Positions 63,386-64,000 of a stretch of DNA of 64,000 bases are shown here, in pieces. Source of the stretch: an uncultured Actinomycetes bacterium (GTDB taxonomy: Bacteria; Actinomycetota; Thermoleophilia; Gaiellales; JAICJC01); the NCBI GenBank assembly GCA_963729195.1, contig CAVSNF010000025.1:192287-256286 (forward strand), given 5' to 3'. Made by a program: the position numbers and the translations under genes. The notes beneath the pieces are model-generated. The model searched no databases. It saw only the letters and a list, made by a program, of their open reading frames with translations, and was not told the origin of the DNA. Every line of letters begins with the position of its first letter. Positions within the stretch are counted from its first letter, which is position 1.

Positions 63386-63922
63386 CGCCTACGCCGGTAG
63401 GCCCGATGACCGCCATGGCCATAATCGCCGGGACAACACCCCATTCGGCTGAGAATGATCCCCACCCTGTGGCGGCGCTCAACGCCGTCACCACCACCAC
63501 TCCGGTGACGCCGCAAGCGGCGCCGATGGCCAAGGCCTCGAGGAGTGTCCGTGGATGCCCCACCAGTCTGCCCATTGGCAATCTAGCTACCCGGCGTGAC
63601 CGGTGGTCGAGTTTCGGAGGGCGTAGCGGATGGACATGCTGGCGCACGTGCCTTGCAGGCCGCCGACCAGCACAACCAGGGCGGCCATGCGCAGATCGAA
63701 TCCGACGTCCAGTGGGTGGGTAGCTGTACGAGCAGTGATCGCTCCCATACACACGAGCAGCAACCCCACCGAGAACACGCAGCGCAGTACGTCGCGGACC
63801 CTCATCCCACTCAGGGCTGACCAGGACGCACCGGACACCGAAGTCCGCCGTGAGGTTGTGCCAACTGCCTGGAGGTTCTGCCTGCCTCCCAAAGGAATCT
63901 CGAACACGTTCATCTCCTTCAT
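63378..63922 (-). CDS. Hypothetical polytopic membrane protein, frame broken once; start uncertain
   Basis: N-terminus in ORF 63587..63922. C-terminus in ORF 63378..63752 (...LLEALAIGAACGVTGVVVVTALSAATGW...AIMAMAVIGPTGVGGE). Frames join near 63588. No family recognised. Confidence 0.4.
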
Positions 63923-64000
63923 CGTCTCTTAGTACCGGATCTCCGTGAAGCTACAGCCCGTCGGCGTGACAGCGCCTCAGGTCGGTCGTCACCAGGAAGG

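Overview
This is a GC-rich bacterial chromosome segment; third codon positions are almost all G/C and the gene content looks actinobacterial (inference only). No similarity search was possible. All calls rest on the supplied translations, my own translation of unlisted frames, and recalled family motifs.

Layout:
- 1-17.6 kb: minus-strand metabolic operons chained by 4-nt stop/start overlaps. They encode a nitrilase-family protein, a CtaG-like protein, ClpS, a flavin amine oxidase, hydantoinase/oxoprolinase A+B, a cation antiporter (plus strand), an MFS transporter, an MBL hydrolase, a tandem Lrp/AsnC protein, a metallophosphoesterase, an agmatinase-family enzyme, an APC permease, an amidase, an FAD oxidoreductase and Grx4-BolA.
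- 17.6-20.7 kb: Zn peptidase, ATP-dependent DNA ligase, ABC ATPase and permease.
- 20.7-24.2 kb: an accessory-looking MacB-type ABC exporter with adaptor and two small exported proteins of atypical composition.
- 24.4-25.5 kb: TPP riboswitch plus an NMT1/THI5-type lipoprotein.
- 25.5-41.1 kb: housekeeping genes, including tRNA-Pro(CGG), LigA, PBP4, SurE and TruA.
- 41.1-61.3 kb: the contiguous alpha-spc-S10-str ribosomal-protein block with rpoA, secY, adk, map, tuf and fusA, all on the minus strand.
- 61.4-63.4 kb: a GH9 glycoside hydrolase.

Stand-out non-genic signals:
- A 31-35 bp oriented palindrome occurs four times.
- A promoter, leader and canonical terminator sit in front of a 53-aa HTH-like ORF that is missing from the ORF track.
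- S3, S5, L15 and L22 carry long low-complexity C-terminal tails.

About 20 genes, including the essential secY, rplC and rplV, are split by single-base frame changes, mostly at short homopolymers. I read these as sequence errors rather than pseudogenes.
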